From the IMG/VR virus record IMGVR_UViG_3300037466_001997, positions 64,001 through 128,000 of that record: 64,000 nucleotides of DNA; one strand, written 5' to 3'. The notes beneath the pieces were generated by a model. That model was not told where the DNA came from. It saw nothing but the letters and a program-made list of their open reading frames with translations, and did no database searches. The translations under genes were made by a program, and so were the position numbers. This document shows positions 1 through 8,205 of this stretch, one piece after another (the first letter of the stretch is position 1; every line of letters starts with the position of its first letter). This stretch comes from a virus. Taxonomy: Duplodnaviria > Heunggongvirae > Uroviricota > Caudoviricetes.

Positions 1-90
1 CATGGGCTTCGATGTGCATTGTTCGGTTATGTGGAGCTTGATCGTTTCCTGTCGTGAGCGGTGGCAGAAAAACTTTCGAGGTTTCCAAAA

Positions 91-384
91 TTACTCTTTA
101 TCTTGATGATGTGTGTAGGGCAGGGCTTTTTTCCATTTTTCCTGCTTGTAATAGGCGACATTGACGGCCTGAACGTCTTCTTTCAGTTCCATCTGTTCTA
201 GAATGCCAAGGAAGTCGCCAATTTCTTCCTCTAGCAATTGTCTGTTTGTAATTTCCGGATTGTCCGGATGGGAGCTTTCATAACCATGTCGAAGTATCTT
301 CATAACGTTTTTAATAACTTCGCTCGCTTCTTCGGCAAGCATTTCTAGACGTTCGATTTCTTGTGGTGTCATAGATTTCCCCAA
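91..384 (-). CDS. MazG-like nucleotide pyrophosphohydrolase
   Basis: Helical protein with EEASEV...EEEIGDF acidic motif typical of MazG/all-alpha NTP pyrophosphatases. Confidence 0.65.
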   Translation of the reverse strand: MGKSMTPQEIERLEMLAEEASEVIKNVMKILRHGYESSHPDNPEITNRQLLEEEIGDFLGILEQMELKEDVQAVNVAYYKQEKWKKALPYTHHQDKE

Positions 385-563
385 ACGTCATCATATGATT
401 CACGAACATGAATTTCTGTACCATTGGGGTAACGGATTACTGTGCATCCGTTACCGTTAGGTATTTCTTCGAAATTCAGAATATGGTTCACATTGATTAT
501 AATTTTCTTGTCGTTTCTGGTATTGTGCCAATCAACGACCTTAGTAAATTCTACAAATTTCAT
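369..563 (-). CDS. Small hypothetical protein, FlbD-like pattern
   Basis: IIINVNHILNFEEIP...TVIRYPNGTEIHVRESYDDV resembles FlbD-family pattern. Confidence 0.4.
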   Translation of the reverse strand: MKFVEFTKVVDWHNTRNDKKIIINVNHILNFEEIPNGNGCTVIRYPNGTEIHVRESYDDVWGNL

Positions 564-573
564 TTAGTTCCAA

Positions 574-816
574 TTAGTTTTTGACAAGCGATCTAACTAG
601 ATCGTCATGACCGCCTATGTAACGATGGAAACCATCACCTTCGCTTAGGAAGATTTGCGGTACTGTTCTTGCGCCGGGTGCGAGTGCCTGTAGTTCTTCG
701 GCAATTGCAGGGGCTGAGTCGATGTATTTGACGTTGTAGTCTTTTCCTTGCTGTGTCAGCAAGTTCTGTGCAGCATTGCACCAATGGCAGGTTTTAGTAG
801 CGTAAATAGTGTACAA
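574..816 (-). CDS. Glutaredoxin (NrdH/GrxC-like)
   Basis: CHWC active site, TVPQIF and YIGGHDDL motifs; TTG start. Confidence 0.9.
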   Translation of the reverse strand: MYTIYATKTCHWCNAAQNLLTQQGKDYNVKYIDSAPAIAEELQALAPGARTVPQIFLSEGDGFHRYIGGHDDLVRSLVKN

Positions 817-817
817 T

Positions 818-994
818 TTAAAATTTTCTCCGTGATCTAGCTTTGTCTTCCAAGATCACAGACACAGTAATAATGGCTATCCATACACAAACTACAAAAA
901 TAATTGGGGAAAGAACCAACCACCAAGACCAAGTAATGATACCAATAAGCTTTAGTGCAATAAAGAGTAACGTTAATAGTCCAATAAAACTCAT
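818..994 (-). CDS. Small membrane protein, 58 aa (not in ORF track)
   Basis: Hand translation MSFIGLLTLLFIALKLIGIITWSWWLVLSPIIF...; two hydrophobic segments; ATG overlaps upstream TGA. Confidence 0.75.
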   Translation of the reverse strand: MSFIGLLTLLFIALKLIGIITWSWWLVLSPIIFVVCVWIAIITVSVILEDKARSRRKF

Positions 995-1161
995 TCTGGT
1001 AGAATAATCCTGAAAGACGTGGTATTTCTGCCGGAATCAGTCTTCATTCTGATTTCAGCACCGTATTTAGCAATTAGCATTTTTATGCTAAACTCCCACT
1101 CTGCGAGGGTCATATCGCCGTCTCGCAGAGCGTCTAGAAGTTCATCCTCGAAAACGGTCAT
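991..1161 (-). CDS. Hypothetical protein (start refined to MTVFEDE)
   Basis: ATGA overlap with the upstream gene's stop at 1158-1161. Confidence 0.6.
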   Translation of the reverse strand: MTVFEDELLDALRDGDMTLAEWEFSIKMLIAKYGAEIRMKTDSGRNTTSFRIILPE

Positions 1162-1376
1162 CGTGCGGCTAGCTCCAAAGCTTCTAGCTGCTTGCGGATA
1201 TAGCGCATGAACAGGATGGCCTTGTCTGTAGCAAGGAAGGTGGCATCGCCAATGTCCGAAATCGGTACAGGAAATTCCATACCGTTTTCGCACTTGTACC
1301 ACAATTCGCCCGCCCGATAGCGAACGAACTGGACTTGCTTGTCCTTTACAAGGTCTTTGATGTTAGGCAGTTCCAT
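1158..1376 (-). CDS. Hypothetical protein
   Basis: ORF coupled within operon. Confidence 0.6.
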   Translation of the reverse strand: MELPNIKDLVKDKQVQFVRYRAGELWYKCENGMEFPVPISDIGDATFLATDKAILFMRYIRKQLEALELAAR

Positions 1377-2364
1377 TATCGTACCCTAGAATAGAGTTTA
1401 AGTTCAGATAAAATTGGCTTGGATTTTTCGTATCTAAGGTATGATTAGTCAAAAAATCATTTAGAAACGAACGATACCCTACCACATTTGCCGGTTCTTT
1501 GTCAAGTGGTTTATTGTAATTAACAAAGTTCTGGTATTCAGAGCGACCATAAGTGAAGATAGGCTTTTCGTGCAGCATGGCTTCAAAACCAACACCAGAA
1601 TTGACCATCACCACGATATCACAAAGCTTTATGGCATCATGGATTGACAGATGGTCCGTCCATGTGGCTGTTTCAGGAAATAGGTCTGCGATTTCCTTTA
1701 GCGGTGCCATGGAACCGGGGTTGACAGGATGTCCTTTGACCAAAACTTTCCAGTCTTTGGCTTTGGCTTGAATAAGTGTGTATCTAAGCGCATTCTCGAC
1801 AGAGACATCAGAATGAAATTTTATCGTTTCATCGTGCGGAAGTTGGCATACGAATAGAGCGTCAAATCGCTCTGCATCTAGGATATGATTTGGCAACATA
1901 TTCGGTTGGTCAAACTTCGACACATTGTTGTCGATGCGTTCTTTCAGATGATTGAAGAACGGTTCAGCTTCGTCCCAATCCTGCGATTCCAGAGGCAGGA
2001 AGGATAGGTTAGCGCCCCAACCCTTCGGATCGAGCGTGAAGCGCTCCGGAAACACTGTCTGCATCAGAAAGAGCATCTTGTCTTTGACACACTGGCGAAC
2101 GCCAGCCAATTGCTCTAGCTGACGATGCGGGACGATGATCCTGTCATAATCATCGAACATCGCATCATCGAAAAATTTTTCTGTGATCTTCCATACAGGA
2201 ACAAGATATTCCTCTACTTCATGGTCACAGGCTTTCAGAAGCTCATAGCAAGCCGCCCACGGCTGGCGAATAGGTGGAAGGGCACTGTAGTCTTTGGATG
2301 GAATTCCGCCGCCAAAATCTTTAAACGGGATGTCAAGTCGCCCGTGGCACAATAGAATTCGCAT
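1363..2364 (-). CDS. Capsule-synthesis (KpsC/KpsS-like, GT-B) glycosyltransferase
   Basis: FVCQLPHD, LVKGHP, VNSGVGFEAMLHEKPIFTYG motifs of the Capsule_synth family; start refined to MRILL. Confidence 0.75.
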   Translation of the reverse strand: MRILLCHGRLDIPFKDFGGGIPSKDYSALPPIRQPWAACYELLKACDHEVEEYLVPVWKITEKFFDDAMFDDYDRIIVPHRQLEQLAGVRQCVKDKMLFLMQTVFPERFTLDPKGWGANLSFLPLESQDWDEAEPFFNHLKERIDNNVSKFDQPNMLPNHILDAERFDALFVCQLPHDETIKFHSDVSVENALRYTLIQAKAKDWKVLVKGHPVNPGSMAPLKEIADLFPETATWTDHLSIHDAIKLCDIVVMVNSGVGFEAMLHEKPIFTYGRSEYQNFVNYNKPLDKEPANVVGYRSFLNDFLTNHTLDTKNPSQFYLNLNSILGYDNGTA

Positions 2365-2554
2365 TCTTTGCTTCTTCTTTCTCTTTCTTTTCCTGTTCAT
2401 CCATTTGTTTTTGAATGATTTCAGTCAGTTCTTCCAAATCACTGGTAGGAACTGGATAGTCGTTTTTCAATAGAAATTCTGCCCTTTCTTCGGCAGATAC
2501 GACCGAGCCATCCAATTTCTTGGATTGCTTGTTTGATAGAACAATTTCTCCCAT
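2333..2554 (-). CDS. Hypothetical protein
   Basis: ORF coupled within operon. Confidence 0.55.
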   Translation of the reverse strand: MGEIVLSNKQSKKLDGSVVSAEERAEFLLKNDYPVPTSDLEELTEIIQKQMDEQEKKEKEEAKNANSIVPRAT

Positions 2555-3234
2555 TAGAACCTCATGCTAGAATAAAAATCTACTAATTCCTGATATTCAG
2601 GCCAATTTTTTCTATCACCCTTGGCCGTAAGAATGGCCGCATTGTCTAATTGATCTTTTGAAAAATCCCAGTTCATGAAATATGGGTCATTGGCTAGATT
2701 GTGGACATTGATCCCCAAGGCGAATTCATCCATGGTTTCAGCCAATGCGACTTGATCGGCAAACCAGTATTCAGGCAGAGCCTTGATCTTGTCGGCAACA
2801 GTCTTGGCAAACAGCCATGCCGTGGAGTCATACATCACGGCACCAGCGGCGACACGGGTTCCCCGGCGTTCCCAATCATTGGCACCAAATGGTTCACGCA
2901 TCCATAGGCCAACGGCAGCGTCTGGAAGTTCGATCTTTTTTCGAATGATGCAGTCGATATCGAGAATCAAAAGCTTCATATCGTCAGCCTGATTGGCCAT
3001 CAGGATTTCAGGGGCGATGAAGAACCTATTCGCAGCGTAATATTCACGTGTGCGGGGTGTGCCTTCCTCGAAACTATATGAAGCCAGAGGATGTTCAGTC
3101 TTATCCAGACCGATATCAGCATTGATAATATGAACGTGTACCCAATTTCCATGGGCTATTGCCGAATGGACGAATGCTTTGGCATATTTTTTGTAATACA
3201 TTACATCGCAAGAGGCAAATAGCAGTGTTCTCAT
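2554..3234 (-). CDS. GT-A fold nucleotide-sugar glycosyltransferase-like protein
   Basis: LLILDIDC (DxD), AAGAVMY and DQVAL motifs. Confidence 0.65.
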   Translation of the reverse strand: MRTLLFASCDVMYYKKYAKAFVHSAIAHGNWVHVHIINADIGLDKTEHPLASYSFEEGTPRTREYYAANRFFIAPEILMANQADDMKLLILDIDCIIRKKIELPDAAVGLWMREPFGANDWERRGTRVAAGAVMYDSTAWLFAKTVADKIKALPEYWFADQVALAETMDEFALGINVHNLANDPYFMNWDFSKDQLDNAAILTAKGDRKNWPEYQELVDFYSSMRF

Positions 3235-3521
3235 TCAAATCTTACCCTTGATAGTTTTGTCCAGCTTGCGGAGTGGTCGTCTAGATATCCCGGCTGGCCA
3301 TCGTGTCTGTGTATTCCGATATGGATAGTAATTCCCCAACTATCAGCATGATCTGCCGCAAGAATAGTAGCTTTTCTTTCTTGCTTCTTACCATTCTTCC
3401 AATAATCTATGGTACATACTTTACCAACCAAGATTTTGTTCAGGTTTATATGGAAATCTTGTTTCTCACCCATAAAATGTTCATACAAATTATGAATGTC
3501 TTCCATTTCTGCATCAGTCAT
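3231..3521 (-). CDS. Hypothetical protein
   Basis: ORF coupled within operon. Confidence 0.55.
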   Translation of the reverse strand: MTDAEMEDIHNLYEHFMGEKQDFHINLNKILVGKVCTIDYWKNGKKQERKATILAADHADSWGITIHIGIHRHDGQPGYLDDHSASWTKLSRVRFE

Positions 3522-3793
3522 TCAAACTCCAATTCACTGGTATTTGCATATTTCAGAATTACATCACCATGACAGGCAAGCGGTGCACACCAACACACCA
3601 AATCCTTACCTTTCAGCCTTTTCACTTCCACCATCAATTCGGCATTAGTGCAAAGATATTGTTCGAATTTCCTGATTACTTCCGCTCTTGAACCGTCTTT
3701 CCCTAGTATATAGGGATTTCCGAAGATGGATGGACGGCCTATGTAAACAGCTTGACGTGGAAAGTTGTCTTTCCTATTGTATAGTAATGGCAT
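3518..3793 (-). CDS. DUF4326 family protein
   Basis: VYIGRPSIFGNPY and LKGKDLVCWCAPLACHGDVI signature. Confidence 0.85.
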   Translation of the reverse strand: MPLLYNRKDNFPRQAVYIGRPSIFGNPYILGKDGSRAEVIRKFEQYLCTNAELMVEVKRLKGKDLVCWCAPLACHGDVILKYANTSELEFE

Positions 3794-4005
3794 TCCAAAT
3801 TCAAGCCGACAATAGTTTTAATCTTATGCAAAACGTCGTTCACTAGTTGATTATGTTGTTCACCAACCAATTCAAGTTCAGTGGTTGAAATAGCAGTAGA
3901 CATCTTGTTTTTATAATTATTGATAGAGGCAGCATGTAACTCTTTGAGATAAAGCATCGCCTCTATCTTAATATCATCATCAGACAACATCATATCATCT
4001 GTCAT
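3739..4005 (-). CDS. Hypothetical protein
   Basis: ORF in operon. Confidence 0.5.
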   Translation of the reverse strand: MTDDMMLSDDDIKIEAMLYLKELHAASINNYKNKMSTAISTTELELVGEQHNQLVNDVLHKIKTIVGLNLECHYYTIGKTTFHVKLFT

Positions 4006-4006
4006 A

Positions 4007-4828
4007 TCATTGACCTTGCGTTACGTCATATCCATTATTAGATGAATAGAGCGCCTGTGACTGTTTCTTGTACTGTAGCTGACGATTTGGAACGTAGTTG
4101 GCTACGGAATAACCTTCCGCAAGAGCCTCGTCATAATACTGCTTGAAAATATCCACGCAATCCTGCCTGCGGTGGCGCACAAGCGGTCCATCGTACCAGT
4201 GATGGGCCTGACCACCCAGGCGATCTACAGCCATGTGAACGCCCGGATTGGAGCGCATATCCGTGAAATGCAGGATACCAATATCCTCGATATCCATGTG
4301 TTCACCATCGTAGCAATTCCAGCGATCATCAATGATTGTGGTTAGCGGGAAGGTCTTGGATTTCATCATTTCAACGAAATCCGCATTCTTGTTGCGACGA
4401 TGGATAGACCAGCCAAGCGGGCCACCTTGAATTTCCTGTCCAAATCGCTGGCAATCGATCACCGACACGCAATGGCGCACTTCTCCGTTCGGCAGAAGCT
4501 TACCGGTCATCACGTCGCCATCCAATATCATTTGATTGAACAAATGGACAGGATCATCAAGCCATAGCTGATCATCGTCACAGTAGATCGCCCGGCCCTT
4601 GAATTCACATGCCTCTGCAATGCCATAGCGGAAGCCAGAGAACGGGGTTGACCATGTGTCGGTATTCCAGCCATACCAGAATGACTCTGGATCATCAGAA
4701 ATTTTCATCCAATAAATTTCGACTGGCACTGATGCGTGTTTGCGCAAGCTGTACTCAAACACCATCTGGCATTCGGCGCATCCGCCGTTTACGTCTGTTC
4801 CTACAAAAACCTTGATCGGTTCTGTCAA
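4007..4828 (-). CDS. GT8-like glycosyltransferase (start refined to TTG, MTEPIKVFVG)
   Basis: TPFSGFRY, AIYCDDDQ (DxD), RWNCYDG, LHFT motifs; TTGA overlap with upstream stop. Confidence 0.75.
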   Translation of the reverse strand: MTEPIKVFVGTDVNGGCAECQMVFEYSLRKHASVPVEIYWMKISDDPESFWYGWNTDTWSTPFSGFRYGIAEACEFKGRAIYCDDDQLWLDDPVHLFNQMILDGDVMTGKLLPNGEVRHCVSVIDCQRFGQEIQGGPLGWSIHRRNKNADFVEMMKSKTFPLTTIIDDRWNCYDGEHMDIEDIGILHFTDMRSNPGVHMAVDRLGGQAHHWYDGPLVRHRRQDCVDIFKQYYDEALAEGYSVANYVPNRQLQYKKQSQALYSSNNGYDVTQGQ

Positions 4829-5385
4829 GCTAAAGCCTTTCTGATAAAAACCTTGCCAGTCTTCTTCATGAACCCTTTGTGCATGGTTGAAGCCTGTCTT
4901 ACATTTTCCGTGGCAATGTCGGAATAATTGAAGCCATATTCTGAAAATTTCGCAATCCACCATGCCTCGGTCTGTAGATTGACATGGTGATGTCCCGCTG
5001 TTTCACCGGGCAGCGCATGGGTACAAATGACAATACGACAACGCCTGAACGTGTCCATAATGTTTGGAATGAACCGTTCCTCTACATGTTCCAAAAATTC
5101 TGTGGATAGACCAACGTCGAATTCGAACAGTTCGATACTATTTGGGAGAGTACCTAAAGTGTAGTCGTGTTTGAAAATGATAGGATCATTTTGCGGATTG
5201 AGACGTTGAAGTTCCGGATCACCGTCAATTCCAATGGCGGTGAAACCGTATTCCCTAGCCATCAGCACATTGCCGCCCGGTCCACAACCAACGTCAATCA
5301 AAGACCTGTATCCGCAATGATGCAAATACTTTATCACGCCTTCATCGACATGGGTTTTCCACAGATGTCCGCCTAGATGGTTCAA
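4825..5385 (-). CDS. Class I SAM-dependent methyltransferase
   Basis: LIDVGCGPG motif I, IGIDG, STEFLEHV, HHHVNLQ. Confidence 0.85.
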   Translation of the reverse strand: MNHLGGHLWKTHVDEGVIKYLHHCGYRSLIDVGCGPGGNVLMAREYGFTAIGIDGDPELQRLNPQNDPIIFKHDYTLGTLPNSIELFEFDVGLSTEFLEHVEERFIPNIMDTFRRCRIVICTHALPGETAGHHHVNLQTEAWWIAKFSEYGFNYSDIATENVRQASTMHKGFMKKTGKVFIRKALA

Positions 5386-6122
5386 TTAATTTCCTCGATA
5401 CCGATTTCGTAGTTCAGTGGGTCTGTAAAACGCTCGCCAATTGTTCCCAACGGATTGCACACGACCTTTGTATCACCAATCATGTATTCGTGCTTGTGAT
5501 GAACATGCCCGCAAATCCACAACTTGATGTTGGATGCCGCAATCTCGTTACCCAATTCGGGCATGAACGCTTGGTTTGACTGGATAGGAAAATCCCGGTA
5601 GTTCGGCCCTACAGACTGCATGGAAGGCGGATTGTGGGTCATCACCACATCCGGTTTGGCCGAAAAAATAAATCTTTTTTGTTCACCATGCAAAAAAAGC
5701 ATTTCTGCCAATTTGAAATTTTTTATTTTGATCGCATCCGGCATGTTGTGGTGGAACCACATGCGGGACGCCAAATTATCGTGGCAATCTGTCCAAAGTG
5801 TAGTTGCCGCAACAGTCAAACCACCATCGAAAATTTTACAGTCATCCATCAATTTATGACCGAAGAAATCGTGGTTTCCCATGACCCATATGTACTGCCA
5901 AGGATTCCCAACAGCACCAAATTTGTTGTGTGCATAGCCGCCACGGGCATCCTCGATACCGTCAACCATGTCGCCAGCGAACATCAGCAAGTCCACACCA
6001 TGATCGTGTGCCTGTTCATAGATGCTGTCAACAATGCGTTCGGACATACGTTTCCCGTTAAAGGAACCATGATGCCTATCCCACACTTCTAGGTGTAGGT
6101 CGGAAATATAGCCTATTTTCAT
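5382..6122 (-). CDS. Calcineurin-like metallophosphoesterase
   Basis: SDLHLE, AGD, GNHD, THNPP, CGHVH motifs. Confidence 0.9.
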   Translation of the reverse strand: MKIGYISDLHLEVWDRHHGSFNGKRMSERIVDSIYEQAHDHGVDLLMFAGDMVDGIEDARGGYAHNKFGAVGNPWQYIWVMGNHDFFGHKLMDDCKIFDGGLTVAATTLWTDCHDNLASRMWFHHNMPDAIKIKNFKLAEMLFLHGEQKRFIFSAKPDVVMTHNPPSMQSVGPNYRDFPIQSNQAFMPELGNEIAASNIKLWICGHVHHKHEYMIGDTKVVCNPLGTIGERFTDPLNYEIGIEEIN

Positions 6123-6412
6123 GACATGTAATAGTTATTCAATAACTGCGCTTCTTCTGTCTTATCTGCATCGGCTTTGTTGCGCCACTTCGTATATAGA
6201 TCGAGATAGAGCGTCTTAAGTTCTTCAAATTCGTCTGGGTTAGATTCTTCAATGATAATAGTTGACGCTTCACCAAATGTCAAGAAAATTCGCAGAACCT
6301 TGATAGGTTCTCCTTCATCATCCTCTGAACAATATGTGATATAAGCCAAATCATTTAGATTGAATGTTGCAGAAATATCTTGATAATCGATGCGAACTAC
6401 GGTTGATGCCAC
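6119..6412 (-). CDS. Hypothetical protein
   Basis: ORF at operon start. Confidence 0.55.
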   Translation of the reverse strand: MASTVVRIDYQDISATFNLNDLAYITYCSEDDEGEPIKVLRIFLTFGEASTIIIEESNPDEFEELKTLYLDLYTKWRNKADADKTEEAQLLNNYYMS

Positions 6413-6493
6413 GAAATGTAATCCTACAAGTTGTTGATAATACTATATAGTTGTAACAACAACGGGCGTTCGCCCAAAAATAGGAAAATACAT

Positions 6494-6670
6494 TTGGCAA
6501 TTAGTTACAAGGGAATGTGCCCCTGCGAAGATTTTGAATTCACACTTAGATATTCTAGCCCGACAGAGGAAGCGGTAGAATTGTTCTGCCCATTCTGTGG
6601 TGTTGCTATCGAAGAAGAAACCAAAGACGCACACGACGAAGACGAAGACGACGCTTACGATGACGAATAA
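6494..6670 (+). CDS. Small zinc-ribbon protein with acidic tail
   Basis: CxC...CPFCG plus D/E-rich tail; TTG start 8 nt after AGGA. Confidence 0.65.
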   Translation: MAISYKGMCPCEDFEFTLRYSSPTEEAVELFCPFCGVAIEEETKDAHDEDEDDAYDDE

Positions 6671-7082
6671 TTGGCTCTACCAAGGCCAAGAGTTCACTGA
6701 ACCATCAACTGAATATGTCGGCTTCATATACCGGCTGGTGAGTAAAGAAACTGGCCGGAAATACATCGGAAAGAAAAATTTCTGGGGTACTAAAATATCC
6801 CAGAAAAAGAACAAAAAGACAGGGAAGGTCAAGAAGACCAGAACCAAGGTTCCATCTGATTGGCAGGACTACTATTCGTCCAACGATGAAATCAAGGCAG
6901 AAGCCGCTGCGGGGAAACCATTTGAGCGGGAAATTTTGCGCCTATGCAAGAGTAAGGCGGAAATGACATACTGGGAAACCAAGCTCCAATTCCAGTATGA
7001 CGTATTGCTAGATGAATCTTACTACAATGGCTGGATTATGTGCCGGGTTCGCCGTGCACATCTGATGAAGATGGAACGATAA
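6660..7082 (+). CDS. GIY-YIG nuclease superfamily protein
   Basis: GFIY...KYIGKK, YYSS, EILRLC, YWE and YNGWI motifs; start refined to MTNNWLY. Confidence 0.75.
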   Translation: MTNNWLYQGQEFTEPSTEYVGFIYRLVSKETGRKYIGKKNFWGTKISQKKNKKTGKVKKTRTKVPSDWQDYYSSNDEIKAEAAAGKPFEREILRLCKSKAEMTYWETKLQFQYDVLLDESYYNGWIMCRVRRAHLMKMER

Positions 7083-7277
7083 TTACTCATTGTAACAACG
7101 GCAACGATTGGGATCATCGTCGCACGTCCAGCAATCAGGCTCATTGGAGAGAATAAGATCATCCTTCCAATCGTCATCGTGACGCTTCTCAAAGCGTTCC
7201 TTACGATCTGGAAGGGCATGTGAGCGCATGTGATTGTTCATCAACATGTGCTTGGCCATAAAATCACGCTTGCCCAT
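7083..7277 (-). CDS. Hypothetical protein with Cys-rich C-terminus
   Basis: Start refined to MGKRDF downstream of its own promoter. Confidence 0.55.
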   Translation of the reverse strand: MGKRDFMAKHMLMNNHMRSHALPDRKERFEKRHDDDWKDDLILSNEPDCWTCDDDPNRCRCYNE

Positions 7278-7299
7278 TGTCTTCCCTTTCTTCAATTGG

Positions 7300-7328
7300 T
7301 ATATAACCAATCTATTTAGAAAAGTCAA
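7300..7328 (-). promoter_or_regulatory. Sigma70-type promoter
   Basis: TTGACT-N17-TATATA. Confidence 0.75.
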
Positions 7329-7332
7329 TAGC

Positions 7333-7365
7333 AAAAATGCGGGGAGTGGAACTAAGCCACTCCCC
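7333..7365 (-). terminator. Intrinsic terminator
   Basis: GGGGAGTGG/CCACTCCCC 9-bp stem followed by T-tract on minus strand. Confidence 0.8.
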
Positions 7366-7397
7366 TAGCATAACCCTTTGCCCGCCAAGGAAAAGGG

Positions 7398-8006
7398 TTA
7401 TGCGTTCTCCGTTTCCGGAACTGCAATCAGGCCGGTAGCCTGATCGACCAGAGCCGCAACACCCGATTGACCGTTGTCCTTCAAGATGCTTACGACGCTG
7501 GACAGGATGTCCGTCGCACGGTCGAGATTGGCACGGGGAGGCATTGATGCCGCCATATGCATTTCCGGCTGTGCTGGTGCCGCCTGAACCGGTTCCGCCT
7601 TCGGCTTGGGCTTGCGGACATAGGTGCGAACGTTTTCGATTTGAATGCCGAACTCGTCAGCGACTGTGGCACGAAGCTGGTAGCCGAAAGTTTTGATGTT
7701 CTTCGGAATGCTGGTATCCCGGCTGCGATAGATGCCTTCCGACACCTTGAACAGTTCACCGGCTTCCTTGGCAGTTACCGGAACTTCCGGCCCCCACTTG
7801 CGTTCACCAGCGAGCTTGATTCCAGCCTTCTCGGCCTTCTTCTGAATCGACTCCGGAAGCATTGCGAGATACTGCTTGTTTACGAACAATGCCAGCGGAA
7901 TGCGGATCATCTTGGTTTCCGGCTTGGCACGTGCTGGCGAATGTCCGCCATTGCCTTCCTTGCCGGTTGTGGTTTCATGTGCTCCCACGTTTTCAGTTGT
8001 GTCCAT
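7398..8006 (-). CDS. Hypothetical protein, stand-alone early transcription unit
   Basis: 202-aa ORF flanked by its own promoter and terminator. Confidence 0.75.
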   Translation of the reverse strand: MDTTENVGAHETTTGKEGNGGHSPARAKPETKMIRIPLALFVNKQYLAMLPESIQKKAEKAGIKLAGERKWGPEVPVTAKEAGELFKVSEGIYRSRDTSIPKNIKTFGYQLRATVADEFGIQIENVRTYVRKPKPKAEPVQAAPAQPEMHMAASMPPRANLDRATDILSSVVSILKDNGQSGVAALVDQATGLIAVPETENA

Positions 8007-8085
8007 TTGTTTACGCCCTTACACAGTTAATGTTTTGCCTTCACCGTTCTGGTAAAGACACCCCGAAGCCATTCGGTTAAGGGGT

Positions 8086-8114
8086 CATATATGCCGGGAT
8101 CAAAACTTTTGCAA
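8086..8114 (-). promoter_or_regulatory. Sigma70-type promoter
   Basis: TTGCAA-N17-TATATG. Confidence 0.65.
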
Positions 8115-8142
8115 GGAAAAACAAAGGAAATCAAATAGATAA

Positions 8143-8172
8143 TTCGGCTAGAATTAAAAAACCCTAGCCGAA
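8143..8172 (-). terminator. Probable terminator after nrdJ
   Basis: TTCGGCTAG/CTAGCCGAA inverted repeat. Confidence 0.55.
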
Positions 8173-8205
8173 TCAATGACTTACAAGCCAAAAAAATATT
8201 TGAAT

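Noticed and set aside
6660-7082. Mobile homing endonuclease
   Set aside because: Only the short GIY-YIG catalytic domain is present, paired with a zinc-ribbon gene as in a conserved T4-like locus. There is no DNA-binding extension or intron context.
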